Positions 1-9,014 of a stretch of 64,000 bases of DNA are shown piece after piece (position 1 is the stretch's first letter; the number at the start of each line of letters is the position of its first letter). The DNA is from an uncultured bacterium (GTDB taxonomy: Bacteria; UBP14; UBA6098; B30-G16). The notes below the pieces were generated by a model, which ran no database searches, was not told the origin of the DNA, and saw nothing but the letters and a program-made list of their open reading frames with translations. The DNA lies in the NCBI GenBank assembly GCA_965552135.1, contig CBEVQY010000001.1, positions 32,001 through 96,000 of the forward strand, in the 5' to 3' direction. Made by a program: the position numbers and the translations under genes.

Positions 1-320
1 CGCCGCACAGACTGACGAAGTTCCTCGCCGACTGCGTCGAAATACTCGGCGCATCGAGGAGGTGCGCCGTGGTGAGGGAGATATCCAAGCTCCACGAGCA
101 GCTTGTGCGCGGAAGCCTTGAGGAGGTTCTTCGGTTCTTCTCGGAGAAGCCGCCCCGCGGGGAGATCGTCGTTGTCGTTGAGGGTGCGTCGGAGGGGTCA
201 GCCAATGGCGGTAAGCGCGATCGCGCCGACGAGGATGCAGTAGAAGCCAAACCACCAGAACCTCCCCCGCCTGAGGATCGGGATGAGCGCTGCAAGCGCC
301 GCCATCCCGATGATGGCTGA
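1..320 (+). CDS. rsmI: 16S rRNA (cytidine1402-2'-O)-methyltransferase RsmI, C-terminal part (5' truncated by window)
   Basis: Frame 3 from base 3 reads PHRLTKFLAD...VREISKLHEQLVRGSLEE...PRGEIVVVV, matching the RsmI C-terminal motifs SPHRL, RE(L/I)(T/S)KLHE and RGEIVVVV; stop at 320. Confidence 0.85.
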   Translation, partial: PHRLTKFLADCVEILGASRRCAVVREISKLHEQLVRGSLEEVLRFFSEKPPRGEIVVVVEGASEGSANGGKRDRADEDAVEAKPPEPPPPEDRDERCKRRHPDDG

Positions 321-974
321 TGCTGCCGCTGCGACCCAGACCTCCGCCGGCAGGTGCTCGCCACGTCTCAAAAGCTCCAATGCCTTAAGTGCGGCTGCGC
401 CGGAGATGGCGGGTATGGCGAGGATGAACGAGAACTCCGCTGCGTCCTCCGGCTGTGCGCCGAGCCAAAGCGCCGCAGATATCGTGGCGCCGCTGCGCGA
501 AACCCCAGGGAGGATGGCGAAAGCCTGCGCAAACCCAACAAAAAGCGCCGAAAGCGCGTTCCACCGGAACCGCTCCCTCGGTTTTGCCGCCGCCGTGGAG
601 AGGAGCACCGCGCCGGTTACGACGAGCATCGCGGAGGTCAGTTTCGGCTCGGAGAAGAGCGCTTCTATCCTGTCGCCGAGGGCGACGCCGACGACGCCGG
701 CGGGGACCGACGCCAGCGCTATGAGCAAAAGTCTTCTTGCGGGCTCACGCCCGAAGCGCATGCCGGCGGCATCGCGCACCATGGACCAAAGCCTCCTTCG
801 GTAGAACGCGAGAATAGCCAAAAGTGTTCCCGCGTGCAGCGCTATCTCGATGGTTGCGTCGGGCTCGCGGACGCCGAGCAAAACCCTGCAGAGAACCAGA
901 TGTCCGGAGCTTGATATCGGAAGGAACTCGGTTATCCCCTGCACGAGGGCGAGTACAAGCAGCGCGCCCAGCAT
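198..974 (-). CDS. uppP: Undecaprenyl-diphosphate phosphatase (BacA)
   Basis: QGITEFLPISSSGHL and QAFAILPGVSRSGATI signature motifs; hydrophobic. Confidence 0.95.
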   Translation of the reverse strand: MLGALLVLALVQGITEFLPISSSGHLVLCRVLLGVREPDATIEIALHAGTLLAILAFYRRRLWSMVRDAAGMRFGREPARRLLLIALASVPAGVVGVALGDRIEALFSEPKLTSAMLVVTGAVLLSTAAAKPRERFRWNALSALFVGFAQAFAILPGVSRSGATISAALWLGAQPEDAAEFSFILAIPAISGAAALKALELLRRGEHLPAEVWVAAAASAIIGMAALAALIPILRRGRFWWFGFYCILVGAIALTAIG

Positions 975-981
975 AGGAGCT

Positions 982-1698
982 TCACCTGCCTCTCTGCTTC
1001 TCGAGAACCTCGAGCAGGAACTGGAAATCCTGCCAGAGGGGCTTTCGGAGCTTGTCGTTTCTTAGGATCGCCGCGGGGTGGTACGTCACCACAAGCGGGG
1101 TCCCCCTGAAGGAGTGGACGATGCCGCGCAGGTTCTTCATAGGCTCTTTTGTCCGCAGGAGTGCGCGGGCGGCTATTCGGCCGAGGCAGCAGATGACCTT
1201 GGGCTCGATTATCTCTATCTGTCTTCGCAGAAACGGCAGGCACGCGTGCTCTTCTTCTGGCAGCGGGTCGCGGTTCTCCGGAGGGCGGCACTTGAGGACG
1301 TTGGCGATGTACACCTCCCTCCTGGGCAGGTTGGCTGCGGAAAGCACGGTATCCAGAAGCTTGCCAGCCCTGCCGACGAAGGGTATTCCGCGCTTGTCTT
1401 CCTCTGCGCCGGGCGCCTCGCCAACGAACATCACCTCGGCGTCCGCGGGACCGCAGCCGAAAACGAGGTTCGTCCTCGTGGCGTAAAGCGGGCACCTCTT
1501 GCACTCCAAAGCCTCTTGGTAGAGCTGGGCAAGCGCCTCTTCTTTCTCCTTTCGCGATAGCGTCTTCTTCTCCTTTGGCAATAACTCGCCCGCAGTGCCC
1601 CCATCCGCCGAACGCCCACAGCGCCCGGGGAGGATAACCTCGCGCTCGCCCATATCCACCAGAAAGCGAAGGTAGTCGAAGCCTCCTTTGCCCCTCAT
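982..1698 (-). CDS. Uracil-DNA glycosylase, family 4 (Fe-S)
   Basis: CKRCPL, VGEAPGAEED, PFVGRAG, KCRPPENRDP and YHPAAILR motifs; ATG at 1698 overlaps the MATE stop (ATGA); alternative GTG at 1704. Confidence 0.92.
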   Translation of the reverse strand: MRGKGGFDYLRFLVDMGEREVILPGRCGRSADGGTAGELLPKEKKTLSRKEKEEALAQLYQEALECKRCPLYATRTNLVFGCGPADAEVMFVGEAPGAEEDKRGIPFVGRAGKLLDTVLSAANLPRREVYIANVLKCRPPENRDPLPEEEHACLPFLRRQIEIIEPKVICCLGRIAARALLRTKEPMKNLRGIVHSFRGTPLVVTYHPAAILRNDKLRKPLWQDFQFLLEVLEKQRGR

Positions 1699-3047
1699 TG
1701 CCACCTGCCCGTTTTAGCCCACCTCATCGTGAAGAAATACGGGACGATCACCGTCCCCTGCCCGACCATACCGGCGAAGATCGCCCACCATATCCCCAAC
1801 GCGCCGATCTCCTTAGCAAGGTAAAAGGCGAGGGGCAGCTGCACAAGGCAAAGCGAAACGAATACAGCCAAAAAGGGCGGCGTTGTGTGTCCGGAGCCGT
1901 TTATCGCCCTAAGCAGTATCGCTCCGACGGCGTAGAGTGGGTAGCCGAGCGGGATGAGCCTCAGGTATGCAGTCGCCGGAACGATCACCTGAGCGCTTTT
2001 CGAGAAAAGCGCTGGGATCTGGTGCGCCAGGGCGAAGTAAAGGATCCCGAGGGGCACGATGAGCGCTTCGTAGTAGAGCACTCCCACAAGTGCGGCTTTT
2101 CTGGCGCGGAGTCTTTCGCCCGCGCCGAGGTTCTGTCCAACGACCGCAGCCGCAGCGTTGCCAAGAGCATACCCCGGCAAAAGCGCCATCATGTTCAGGC
2201 GGATGCCTATGGTGTACGCAGCGGTCACATCGACGCCGAACCCCGCGGCAAGGCGCATCATCAAAAATCCAACGAGCGTGTTGAGGAAGACCTGCCCGCC
2301 GCCCGGAACGGCGATCTCGAAGAACTTTTTTATGGTGGAGAGGTCTGTCCTGAAGCGTCGCAGATCAAGCCTGAAGGCGTTGACTCCTCTGGTGAGGACG
2401 ATGGCTCCCGCCACAAGCCCCGCAAGCCTTGCGAGCACCGTTGCCACTGCAGCGCCGTTTACGCCCCAGCGCGGAAACGGACCCCAGCCGAAGATGAAAA
2501 GTGGGTCGAGCACGATGTTAAGCAGAACCGAGGAGACCATAAGCACCATAGGCGTTTTCGCGTCGCCGGCGCCCTGGAGCGTCGACGAGATGACGAACAT
2601 AAGCACCATCGTGAAGGCGCCCGACATGAGGATGAGCATGTATGAGTTCGCCGCGGAGAGGAGTTCACCCCTCGCTCCCATAAGCTTCAGGACGTGCTTT
2701 CCCGCCAGTGCGGCGCCCGCGGCGACGACAACCGACACCCCCAGACCAACGACCACCGCGGCGACAGCTGATCTGTGCGCGCCGTCGAAGTCCTGTGCGC
2801 CGATGTAGCGCGAAACCATCGCGCGCGTCGCCGTCGCCAAGCCAACAACAAGCGTCATCATCGCGCTCGAGATGACACCGACCATCCCCACCGCGGCAAC
2901 CGCAACTGACCCAAGCCTGCCGACGAAGTACATATCGGTCAGGTTGAACAGGTTAACTACTGCGTTTGTGACGACCATAGGCAGGGCAAGCGAAAGGAGT
3001 GCGCGCGCTACGTCCCCGGATACTATGAGCTCCCGCGGGTGACCCAT
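1695..3047 (-). CDS. MATE family efflux transporter
   Basis: LALPMV, DMYFVGRLG, GAGDAKTPM, NIVLDPLFI and VGQNLGAG motifs; about 12 TM segments. Confidence 0.92.
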   Translation of the reverse strand: MGHPRELIVSGDVARALLSLALPMVVTNAVVNLFNLTDMYFVGRLGSVAVAAVGMVGVISSAMMTLVVGLATATRAMVSRYIGAQDFDGAHRSAVAAVVVGLGVSVVVAAGAALAGKHVLKLMGARGELLSAANSYMLILMSGAFTMVLMFVISSTLQGAGDAKTPMVLMVSSVLLNIVLDPLFIFGWGPFPRWGVNGAAVATVLARLAGLVAGAIVLTRGVNAFRLDLRRFRTDLSTIKKFFEIAVPGGGQVFLNTLVGFLMMRLAAGFGVDVTAAYTIGIRLNMMALLPGYALGNAAAAVVGQNLGAGERLRARKAALVGVLYYEALIVPLGILYFALAHQIPALFSKSAQVIVPATAYLRLIPLGYPLYAVGAILLRAINGSGHTTPPFLAVFVSLCLVQLPLAFYLAKEIGALGIWWAIFAGMVGQGTVIVPYFFTMRWAKTGRWQ

Positions 3048-3049
3048 AT

Positions 3050-5536
3050 CTATCGCAGATGCAGTACGGGGAAATCCCCCAGCCCTTCGACGCGTATGAA
3101 GTAGACGCCGCTTGGGATGTTTAGCCTGTCGAAGACAACGGAGCCGTCCCCCGCCGCAGAGGCTACAACCCTCCCGGAAAGATCAACCACCTCGACCAGC
3201 CTTCTGCCGCGAAAGCGCACCGCAACGCGGCTTGAGAAGGGCGTTGGCGCGATGTCCACCTTTTGAGCTTTGCAATCTACAGAGTCTCTATCGGCGACCT
3301 TCGTGTTGATCTCGAATATTCCCCAGCGCGCCTGCATGTACCCTCCGCAGCCCGATATCCAAGCCAAAAGGAGCGAGCCGTCGGGGAGGACTGCGCCGTC
3401 GGGGTTTAGGTCTGGGCAGTCCGAGAATGTAAGTCTTGTGGGCAGCCAGTCGTCGTCGCGGCGCTTTAGCGCCCAAAGCTCCGTGTTGCGCTGCGAGTGC
3501 ACAGCCGGGAAGATGACCACGGGTTCGCCCGTCTCGTCCACGATCGCCTGAGGTCTCAGCGCGGCAAGGTCGCTCCAGATCACCTCGGGCTCCGACCAGG
3601 TGTCTTCGCGCCTCATTGCGCAGACGGCGCCGCCACGAACGAAGAATAGCCAGACAGTACCGTCCCCCGCAACGACTGCCGACGGGTATGATCCCGCCGA
3701 AAGCGATTCTGGTTCGCTCAGCGTGCCATCGCAAAGCCTTGCGCAGAATATCTGCGGTCCCGCGGGGCGGAGACCGCACCAGAAGATCCAAAGCGCGCCC
3801 GACGAATCGAGCACCGCGTACGGGCTTATCTCGTCGAAGCGGTCGCACGTTATGCGGAAATCGAAGCCCGGGGCAACCTCCCATGTGGAGTCGCTGCGGA
3901 AGGTCAGGTAGAGGTCCTTGAGCGGTGCAGGCAGGGCTGGTGCAAGCCAGCTGTAGATCACGCCGGCGGCTCCGCGAAAGCTGAAGGGGAACGGGTGTGA
4001 GTGATAGCCATCGCCACGGGATAAGGACGCGGCCGCGCCGGAGTCGAAGGGAACAATGTCCAAAACGCCTCCTTCGCCCACGAAGAAGAGGTCGTTTGGG
4101 TTTTGCGAGAGTGCAAGTTCGCCCGTCGTTGGCGCCACGATGTCCGCAAGCCCGTTGTCGTGCACAAAGCCGCCCCAAAACGAAAAGACGTGCACGCTGA
4201 GCCACTCGTCCCCCCCGTCGAGGACGAATATCTCCGCCCCGTCGTCCTGCGGTACGACGTCGACGTCGGCTGCGGCGCCGAAGGTGACGAGCGGGAACCC
4301 ATTGGGCGCGGCAAAGCCCGTGTCGACGGAGACCACGCCGCGGCTCGCGTAGAGCGTCCTCAGCGTCGGATCTCCCAGGACGACAAGCCCGTAGTGCCAC
4401 TCGGGTATCCTGTCGGCTGCGGTAGAGAGTATGTTTCGCATGGCGTCGCCAACGCACATCGTCTGAAGCATCTCGAAGAAGTCGTCGAGCACCTCGGTTA
4501 TGATGCTTCCCGTCTTCGTGCTCCCCACAACCCATAGGGCGCGATCGCCGAAGAAGAGGTAGCAGCATCCGATGTTGTCCTGCTCGACGAACCTCGCTCC
4601 GGAGCAGGCAAAGAGGTGGTAGAAGTTGGCGCGCGGCGGAAGAGCTGCGATATCGGTGTTGAACACAAGCCCCTCTCCGCCCGTGTAGTGTCTCCAGGGC
4701 GACGAGTGAGCCATGATGTTCACAAGCTCGAAGCCGCGCCCTCGAACCCGCGAGAGGTAATCGCTTGGGCTGAATACATCCCGCACCACCTCGGCGTACT
4801 CGAACTCGGAGAAGGGGTAGTAGAAGAAGTCGTGCCAGTCTTCGTATTCGTACGAGAGCGCCGCCGCCCAAACCGGCATCTCGCCCGTTTTGTACTCGTG
4901 GTCCCTGTCGAAATAGCGCCGCAAAAGCTCGACCGGATCTCCAAAGGAAAGCTTGGTCGGATCGAGCCTCCCAACCCATATCTCCGCCTCGTTGTTCGTG
5001 AAGCGGTTGTGTTCGTCGATGATGCCGTCGTCGTCCACATCGAGCCAGATGCCATCCAGGTCGCAGAAGTAGAAGTCGCATGGGAAGACCTCGATGACCG
5101 TGTCGCTTGGTTCGTAGGGGTCCCACACCTCGACCATACGGAACCACTTCACCGGCAGGTTCCCCACGAAGACGGCGCCGACGATATCGGGCAGCAGGGA
5201 TGCGAGGTGGTCCCTCAGCTCCTCGGGGTAGCCCGAGCTCATCGTATCAAGGGCAACGGAGTACCCTTCGGCCTCGAGGTCGTCGCAGAAGCGCATAAGG
5301 ACGTCCTCAAGCGGTCCATAGAGGCTGGACTGGACGACCACGTCCACAAGGTTCTCCTTGGACCCTTTCGGCTGGCGGACCGTTCCGAGCCGCAGCGGGG
5401 TTTTGGGGAAGCCAAAGCGTTCATCGTACTCCTTTGGTGTTATGGGTTTTCCGCCCGCGGGGTCGATCCACCGCGTTATGGGGACCTGCGCCGCCGCGAC
5501 AGCGACGAAGACCACAACGACGAAAAGCCGCCCCAT
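3050..5536 (-). CDS. Secreted C25 (gingipain-like) cysteine peptidase with beta-propeller region and type-A T9SS C-terminal sorting domain
   Basis: Signal peptide MGRLFVVVVFVAVAAA from ATG 5536 with a GAGGT RBS (the ORF track start overlaps dxs); AVFVGNLPV, PCDFYFCDLDG, EIWVGRL, AHSS...FACS (His/Cys dyad), LGDPTL; C-terminal PTPFSS...DLSGRVV...PSGVYFIRV. Confidence 0.75.
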   Translation of the reverse strand: MGRLFVVVVFVAVAAAQVPITRWIDPAGGKPITPKEYDERFGFPKTPLRLGTVRQPKGSKENLVDVVVQSSLYGPLEDVLMRFCDDLEAEGYSVALDTMSSGYPEELRDHLASLLPDIVGAVFVGNLPVKWFRMVEVWDPYEPSDTVIEVFPCDFYFCDLDGIWLDVDDDGIIDEHNRFTNNEAEIWVGRLDPTKLSFGDPVELLRRYFDRDHEYKTGEMPVWAAALSYEYEDWHDFFYYPFSEFEYAEVVRDVFSPSDYLSRVRGRGFELVNIMAHSSPWRHYTGGEGLVFNTDIAALPPRANFYHLFACSGARFVEQDNIGCCYLFFGDRALWVVGSTKTGSIITEVLDDFFEMLQTMCVGDAMRNILSTAADRIPEWHYGLVVLGDPTLRTLYASRGVVSVDTGFAAPNGFPLVTFGAAADVDVVPQDDGAEIFVLDGGDEWLSVHVFSFWGGFVHDNGLADIVAPTTGELALSQNPNDLFFVGEGGVLDIVPFDSGAAASLSRGDGYHSHPFPFSFRGAAGVIYSWLAPALPAPLKDLYLTFRSDSTWEVAPGFDFRITCDRFDEISPYAVLDSSGALWIFWCGLRPAGPQIFCARLCDGTLSEPESLSAGSYPSAVVAGDGTVWLFFVRGGAVCAMRREDTWSEPEVIWSDLAALRPQAIVDETGEPVVIFPAVHSQRNTELWALKRRDDDWLPTRLTFSDCPDLNPDGAVLPDGSLLLAWISGCGGYMQARWGIFEINTKVADRDSVDCKAQKVDIAPTPFSSRVAVRFRGRRLVEVVDLSGRVVASAAGDGSVVFDRLNIPSGVYFIRVEGLGDFPVLHLR

Positions 5537-5619
5537 AAGGCTACCTCGTAAAGACCAACTTCTAAGAAAATAAAACCCGGACGCCGACTTGACCAAGCTC
5601 TTTCGCGGGCTTTGAGGGC

Positions 5620-7560
5620 TCAGCTCTTTTTTGCGGAGATGAGCACTTCGGCTTTGTCGGCTATTCCTGCGGCGTCGAGGCCCAGAATCGCCAAAAGCTC
5701 CTTTCGCGTGCCGTGCTCGATGAACCTGTCGGGTATGCCGTGGACGGCGATTTTTGGTGTGAGGTTGTGCGCCGCCGCGAACAGCAGCACTCCCTCGCCA
5801 AACCCACCCACAACCGTCCCCTCCTCGACCGTGAGGATGCACCTGTGGCTCTGGAGCACGTCGCTCAGGGTGTCCTCGTCGAGGGGCTTTATGAATCTGC
5901 AGTTGACCACCGTTGGTTCGACTCCAAGGCGTTTTTGCACAAGCTCCGCCGCCTCAAGCGCAGGATAAACCATCGAGCCTGTGGCGAGGATGGCGATCTC
6001 TCCGTCGCCGCGCCTGAGGACCTCCCAGCTTCCGAGGGGTATCTCCTCGAAGTCGCCTATCTGTACGCCGACGGCGGCGCCACGGGGATACCTTATAGCC
6101 CACGGCTCACTGAACCGAGAGAGGGCGGTGAAGAGCAGGTTTCTGAGCTCCTGCTCGTCCTTCGGGGCAGCGACCACGATCTCGGGGACGGACCGGAGGT
6201 ATGCGATGTCGAACGCGCCGTGGTGTGTGGGTCCGTCCTCGCCGACGATGCCGGCTCTGTCCACCGCCAGAACAAGCGGCGCCCTCTGGAGCGCAACATC
6301 GTGGATCAGGGGGTCGTATGCGCGCTGGAGGAATGTGGAGTATATCGCCGCCACGGTGCGCCTGCCTTCGGCTGCCGTCACGGCGCCGAAGACAACGGCG
6401 TGCGCCTCGGCTATCCCGACGTCGAAAAACCTATCCGGAAAGCGCCTGTGGAAGTCGACGAGTCCTGTCCCCGTCTCCATCGCGGCGGTGATGGCTATAA
6501 GGTCGTCGAAGCGCTCGCCAAGCTCGACCATAGCGCTGCCGAAAACCTTCGTGTACGACGGCGGACCGGAGGACTTTAAAATCTCGCCGGTTTCGGGGTC
6601 AAATCTGCCCAAGCCGTGGTACGTTGTGGCGTCGCGCTCCGCGGGAACAAAACCCTTGCCCTTCTTGGTGAGAACGTGCAAAAGCTTTGGCTTGCGGACG
6701 TCCTTTATCTCGCGCAGCACGTGGACGAGCTCAACGACGTCGTGACCGTCCACGGGACCGTAGTACTCGAAGCCAAGGTGCTCGAAGAGCATCCCAGGCA
6801 CGATGAGGTTTTTGAGGGAGTCCTCAAGCTTTCTTGCGATCGACCTCAGGTGCTTTCCGAGCTCGCCCGCCCTGCCCATCAGGTTCCAGACGTTGTCCTT
6901 GACCCTTTGGTAGATCGGGCTTGCCACGACCTCGGTGAGGTATTTCGACAGGGCGCCCACGCTGGGCGAGATCGACATGGCGTTGTCGTTGAGGACGACG
7001 AGCATTTCGGTGCCAGCCGCGCCCGCGTTGTTGAGCCCTTCGAAGGCAAGCCCGCCGGTGAGTGATCCGTCGCCTATTACGGCTACAACGCGGAAGTCAT
7101 CTCCCACAAGGTCGCGGTGGGTCGCAAAGCCCAGCGCAGCGGAGATCGATGTGCTTGCGTGCCCTGCGCCCCAGGCATCGTATTCGCTTTCGTCCCGCTT
7201 GCAGAAGCCCGAAAGCCCACCGCGCTGCCTGAGCGTGTGGAGACGGTCCTTGCGCCCCGTAAGAGCCTTGTAGGCATACGCCTGATGGCTGACGTCCCAG
7301 ATGATCTTATCCCTCGGGGGGTCGTAGACGTAGAGGAGAGCGATGGTAAGCTCGACGACGCCGAGGCTTGGCGCCAAATGCCCTCCAGTGCGCGAAACGG
7401 TGTCGATTATAAACTCCCGAACCTCCTCGGCAAGCACGGGAAGCTTGTGCAGGGGAAGCCTTTTTAGATCAGCTGGGGTTTCGATCTGCCGCAAAAGCTC
7501 CCCTTGCCTTGCGCGATGCCTTTCCTCAAAGCGGGAGCCTATGTCGTCAGCGGGGGTCAT
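5620..7560 (-). CDS. dxs: 1-deoxy-D-xylulose-5-phosphate synthase
   Basis: GGHLAPSLGVVEL, GHASTSIS, GDGSLTGG, DVGIAE and DGPTHHG motifs. Confidence 0.97.
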   Translation of the reverse strand: MTPADDIGSRFEERHRARQGELLRQIETPADLKRLPLHKLPVLAEEVREFIIDTVSRTGGHLAPSLGVVELTIALLYVYDPPRDKIIWDVSHQAYAYKALTGRKDRLHTLRQRGGLSGFCKRDESEYDAWGAGHASTSISAALGFATHRDLVGDDFRVVAVIGDGSLTGGLAFEGLNNAGAAGTEMLVVLNDNAMSISPSVGALSKYLTEVVASPIYQRVKDNVWNLMGRAGELGKHLRSIARKLEDSLKNLIVPGMLFEHLGFEYYGPVDGHDVVELVHVLREIKDVRKPKLLHVLTKKGKGFVPAERDATTYHGLGRFDPETGEILKSSGPPSYTKVFGSAMVELGERFDDLIAITAAMETGTGLVDFHRRFPDRFFDVGIAEAHAVVFGAVTAAEGRRTVAAIYSTFLQRAYDPLIHDVALQRAPLVLAVDRAGIVGEDGPTHHGAFDIAYLRSVPEIVVAAPKDEQELRNLLFTALSRFSEPWAIRYPRGAAVGVQIGDFEEIPLGSWEVLRRGDGEIAILATGSMVYPALEAAELVQKRLGVEPTVVNCRFIKPLDEDTLSDVLQSHRCILTVEEGTVVGGFGEGVLLFAAAHNLTPKIAVHGIPDRFIEHGTRKELLAILGLDAAGIADKAEVLISAKKS

Positions 7561-7575
7561 GGCAGCACAGGGGCT

Positions 7576-7983
7576 TTACGGCAGGATGGCGCCTATGCGC
7601 GAAAGGAAGCTTTTGAAGACCGTTTCCGTGTAGCCTGCGCTCGTCCCGGCCTTGGGCGCGGCGAGAACAACGATGTAGGTGCCCTTTATAACGGTCATCC
7701 AGTGGTAAGCGCCGCTGAAGGTGAAGCGAACGCTTTCGAGACGAATGGGGTCGCCCCGCCTGTAGTTTTGCATAATGTCCAGCATCTTCGTCATAAGCTT
7801 TCCCCTGAACATCTCCACCGCGGCGCCGCAGGCAACCTCAAGAAGCTCGTCGGGAAGTCCAGAACGATTCTTCAGCACGATGATCTCGCTGCTGTCGAGT
7901 CTCACTATACCAACGCCGCTTCCGTTGCACCTTTCCAAGAGCTTGTCCAAAAGGTCGCCCAGCTTTACAAGATCAACCTCCAC
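7576..7983 (-). CDS. Hypothetical protein, possible Roadblock/LC7 (profilin-like) fold
   Basis: 135-aa ORF fills the ispA-dxs gap in the same orientation; helix, hairpin, helix, three strands, helix pattern. Confidence 0.6.
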   Translation of the reverse strand: MEVDLVKLGDLLDKLLERCNGSGVGIVRLDSSEIIVLKNRSGLPDELLEVACGAAVEMFRGKLMTKMLDIMQNYRRGDPIRLESVRFTFSGAYHWMTVIKGTYIVVLAAPKAGTSAGYTETVFKSFLSRIGAILP

Positions 7984-7995
7984 GTTCCCCCACCG

Positions 7996-8865
7996 TCAAT
8001 ACGTCCGCCTTATTATAAAATCTGCCAGCGAGTAAAGCAAGCGATTATCGTGGCTTTTGAGGAGGGAGCTTTTGGCTTTTTCGACGAGGCTTTTTGCGAT
8101 GGCTCGGGCTTTCTCCGTTCCTCCCACCGCCTTTGGGTAGGTGGCTTTGTCGAGTTTTTCGTCGGCGCCTGTGCTTTTGCCAAGCTTTTTGCGGTCGCCC
8201 TTTATGTCGAGTATATCGTCTGTGATCTGGAAGGCGAGCCCGGCGTTTTTTGCGTATTTCGTCAGGCTTGCCAGCTGCTTTGGGTTTGCGCCGCCGAGGA
8301 TGGCGCCAACCCTCACGGAAGCCACAAACAAAGCCGCCGTCTTGCGCTCGTGGATGAAGCGTACATCCTCCTCTCCAACGTCCTTGCCCTCCATCTCCAC
8401 GTCGGCAACCTGACCGCCCACGAGCCCGCCCGTGCCTATCGCCTTTGCGATCTCGTTGACGACGGCGACGTTTCCGGTTTTCGCCAAAAGCTCAAACGCA
8501 AGCGCGTGCAGGGCGTCGCCGGCGAGTATCGCTATGGCTTCGCCGAAAACCCTGTGGCAGGTGGGTTTGCCGCGGCGATAGTCGTCGTTGTCCAAGGCGG
8601 GGAGGTCGTCGTGGATGAGGGAGTAGGTGTGTATGAGCTCGACGGCGCAGGCGGCGGGATACACCGTCCTGCCTCGTCCCCCAACCCACCTGAACGCCTC
8701 GCACACCAAAAACGGACGAAGCCTTTTGCCTCCGGCGAACACAGCGTATCGCATCGCCCTGTGGAGCGTCTGCGGCGGCTTATCCTCGGCGGGGAGATAC
8801 CGATCCAGCCAGCGGTTTATGCGGGGGATGAACCTCCTGAGCGCAGTTTCGAATTCAACGGACAC
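7996..8865 (-). CDS. ispA: Polyprenyl synthetase (geranyltranstransferase / FPP synthase)
   Basis: GGKRLRP, SLIHDDLPALDNDDYRRGKPT, FQITDDILD and GKSTGAD motifs. Confidence 0.93.
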   Translation of the reverse strand: MSVEFETALRRFIPRINRWLDRYLPAEDKPPQTLHRAMRYAVFAGGKRLRPFLVCEAFRWVGGRGRTVYPAACAVELIHTYSLIHDDLPALDNDDYRRGKPTCHRVFGEAIAILAGDALHALAFELLAKTGNVAVVNEIAKAIGTGGLVGGQVADVEMEGKDVGEEDVRFIHERKTAALFVASVRVGAILGGANPKQLASLTKYAKNAGLAFQITDDILDIKGDRKKLGKSTGADEKLDKATYPKAVGGTEKARAIAKSLVEKAKSSLLKSHDNRLLYSLADFIIRRTY

Positions 8866-9014
8866 GCCACACCCCTTCGAAGCCTTTCTCAGTCGACTTG
8901 TAGTCGCGCACCCTGGCGCCCTGCCCGGCGACCCTCGCCGCCCTGGCGCACCGCCTCACACACCTTCCGGCGCCGCGCCCCTGGCTGCTGAGCTTTGGCA
9001 AACCCAGGTCACGC

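Noticed and set aside
5537..5842. N-terminal 102 aa of the 930-aa ORF
   Set aside because: This stretch overlaps dxs in another frame; the RBS and signal peptide support ATG 5536 as the true start
8866..9014. GC-rich intergenic region with repeated GCGCCAGGG and a CCGGAAGG motif; considered as xseB or SRP RNA
   Set aside because: I saw no XseB-like reading frame, the SRP domain IV context (CAGG..CCGGAAGG.AGCAGC) is not matched, and the repeats are too short to exceed chance at this GC content
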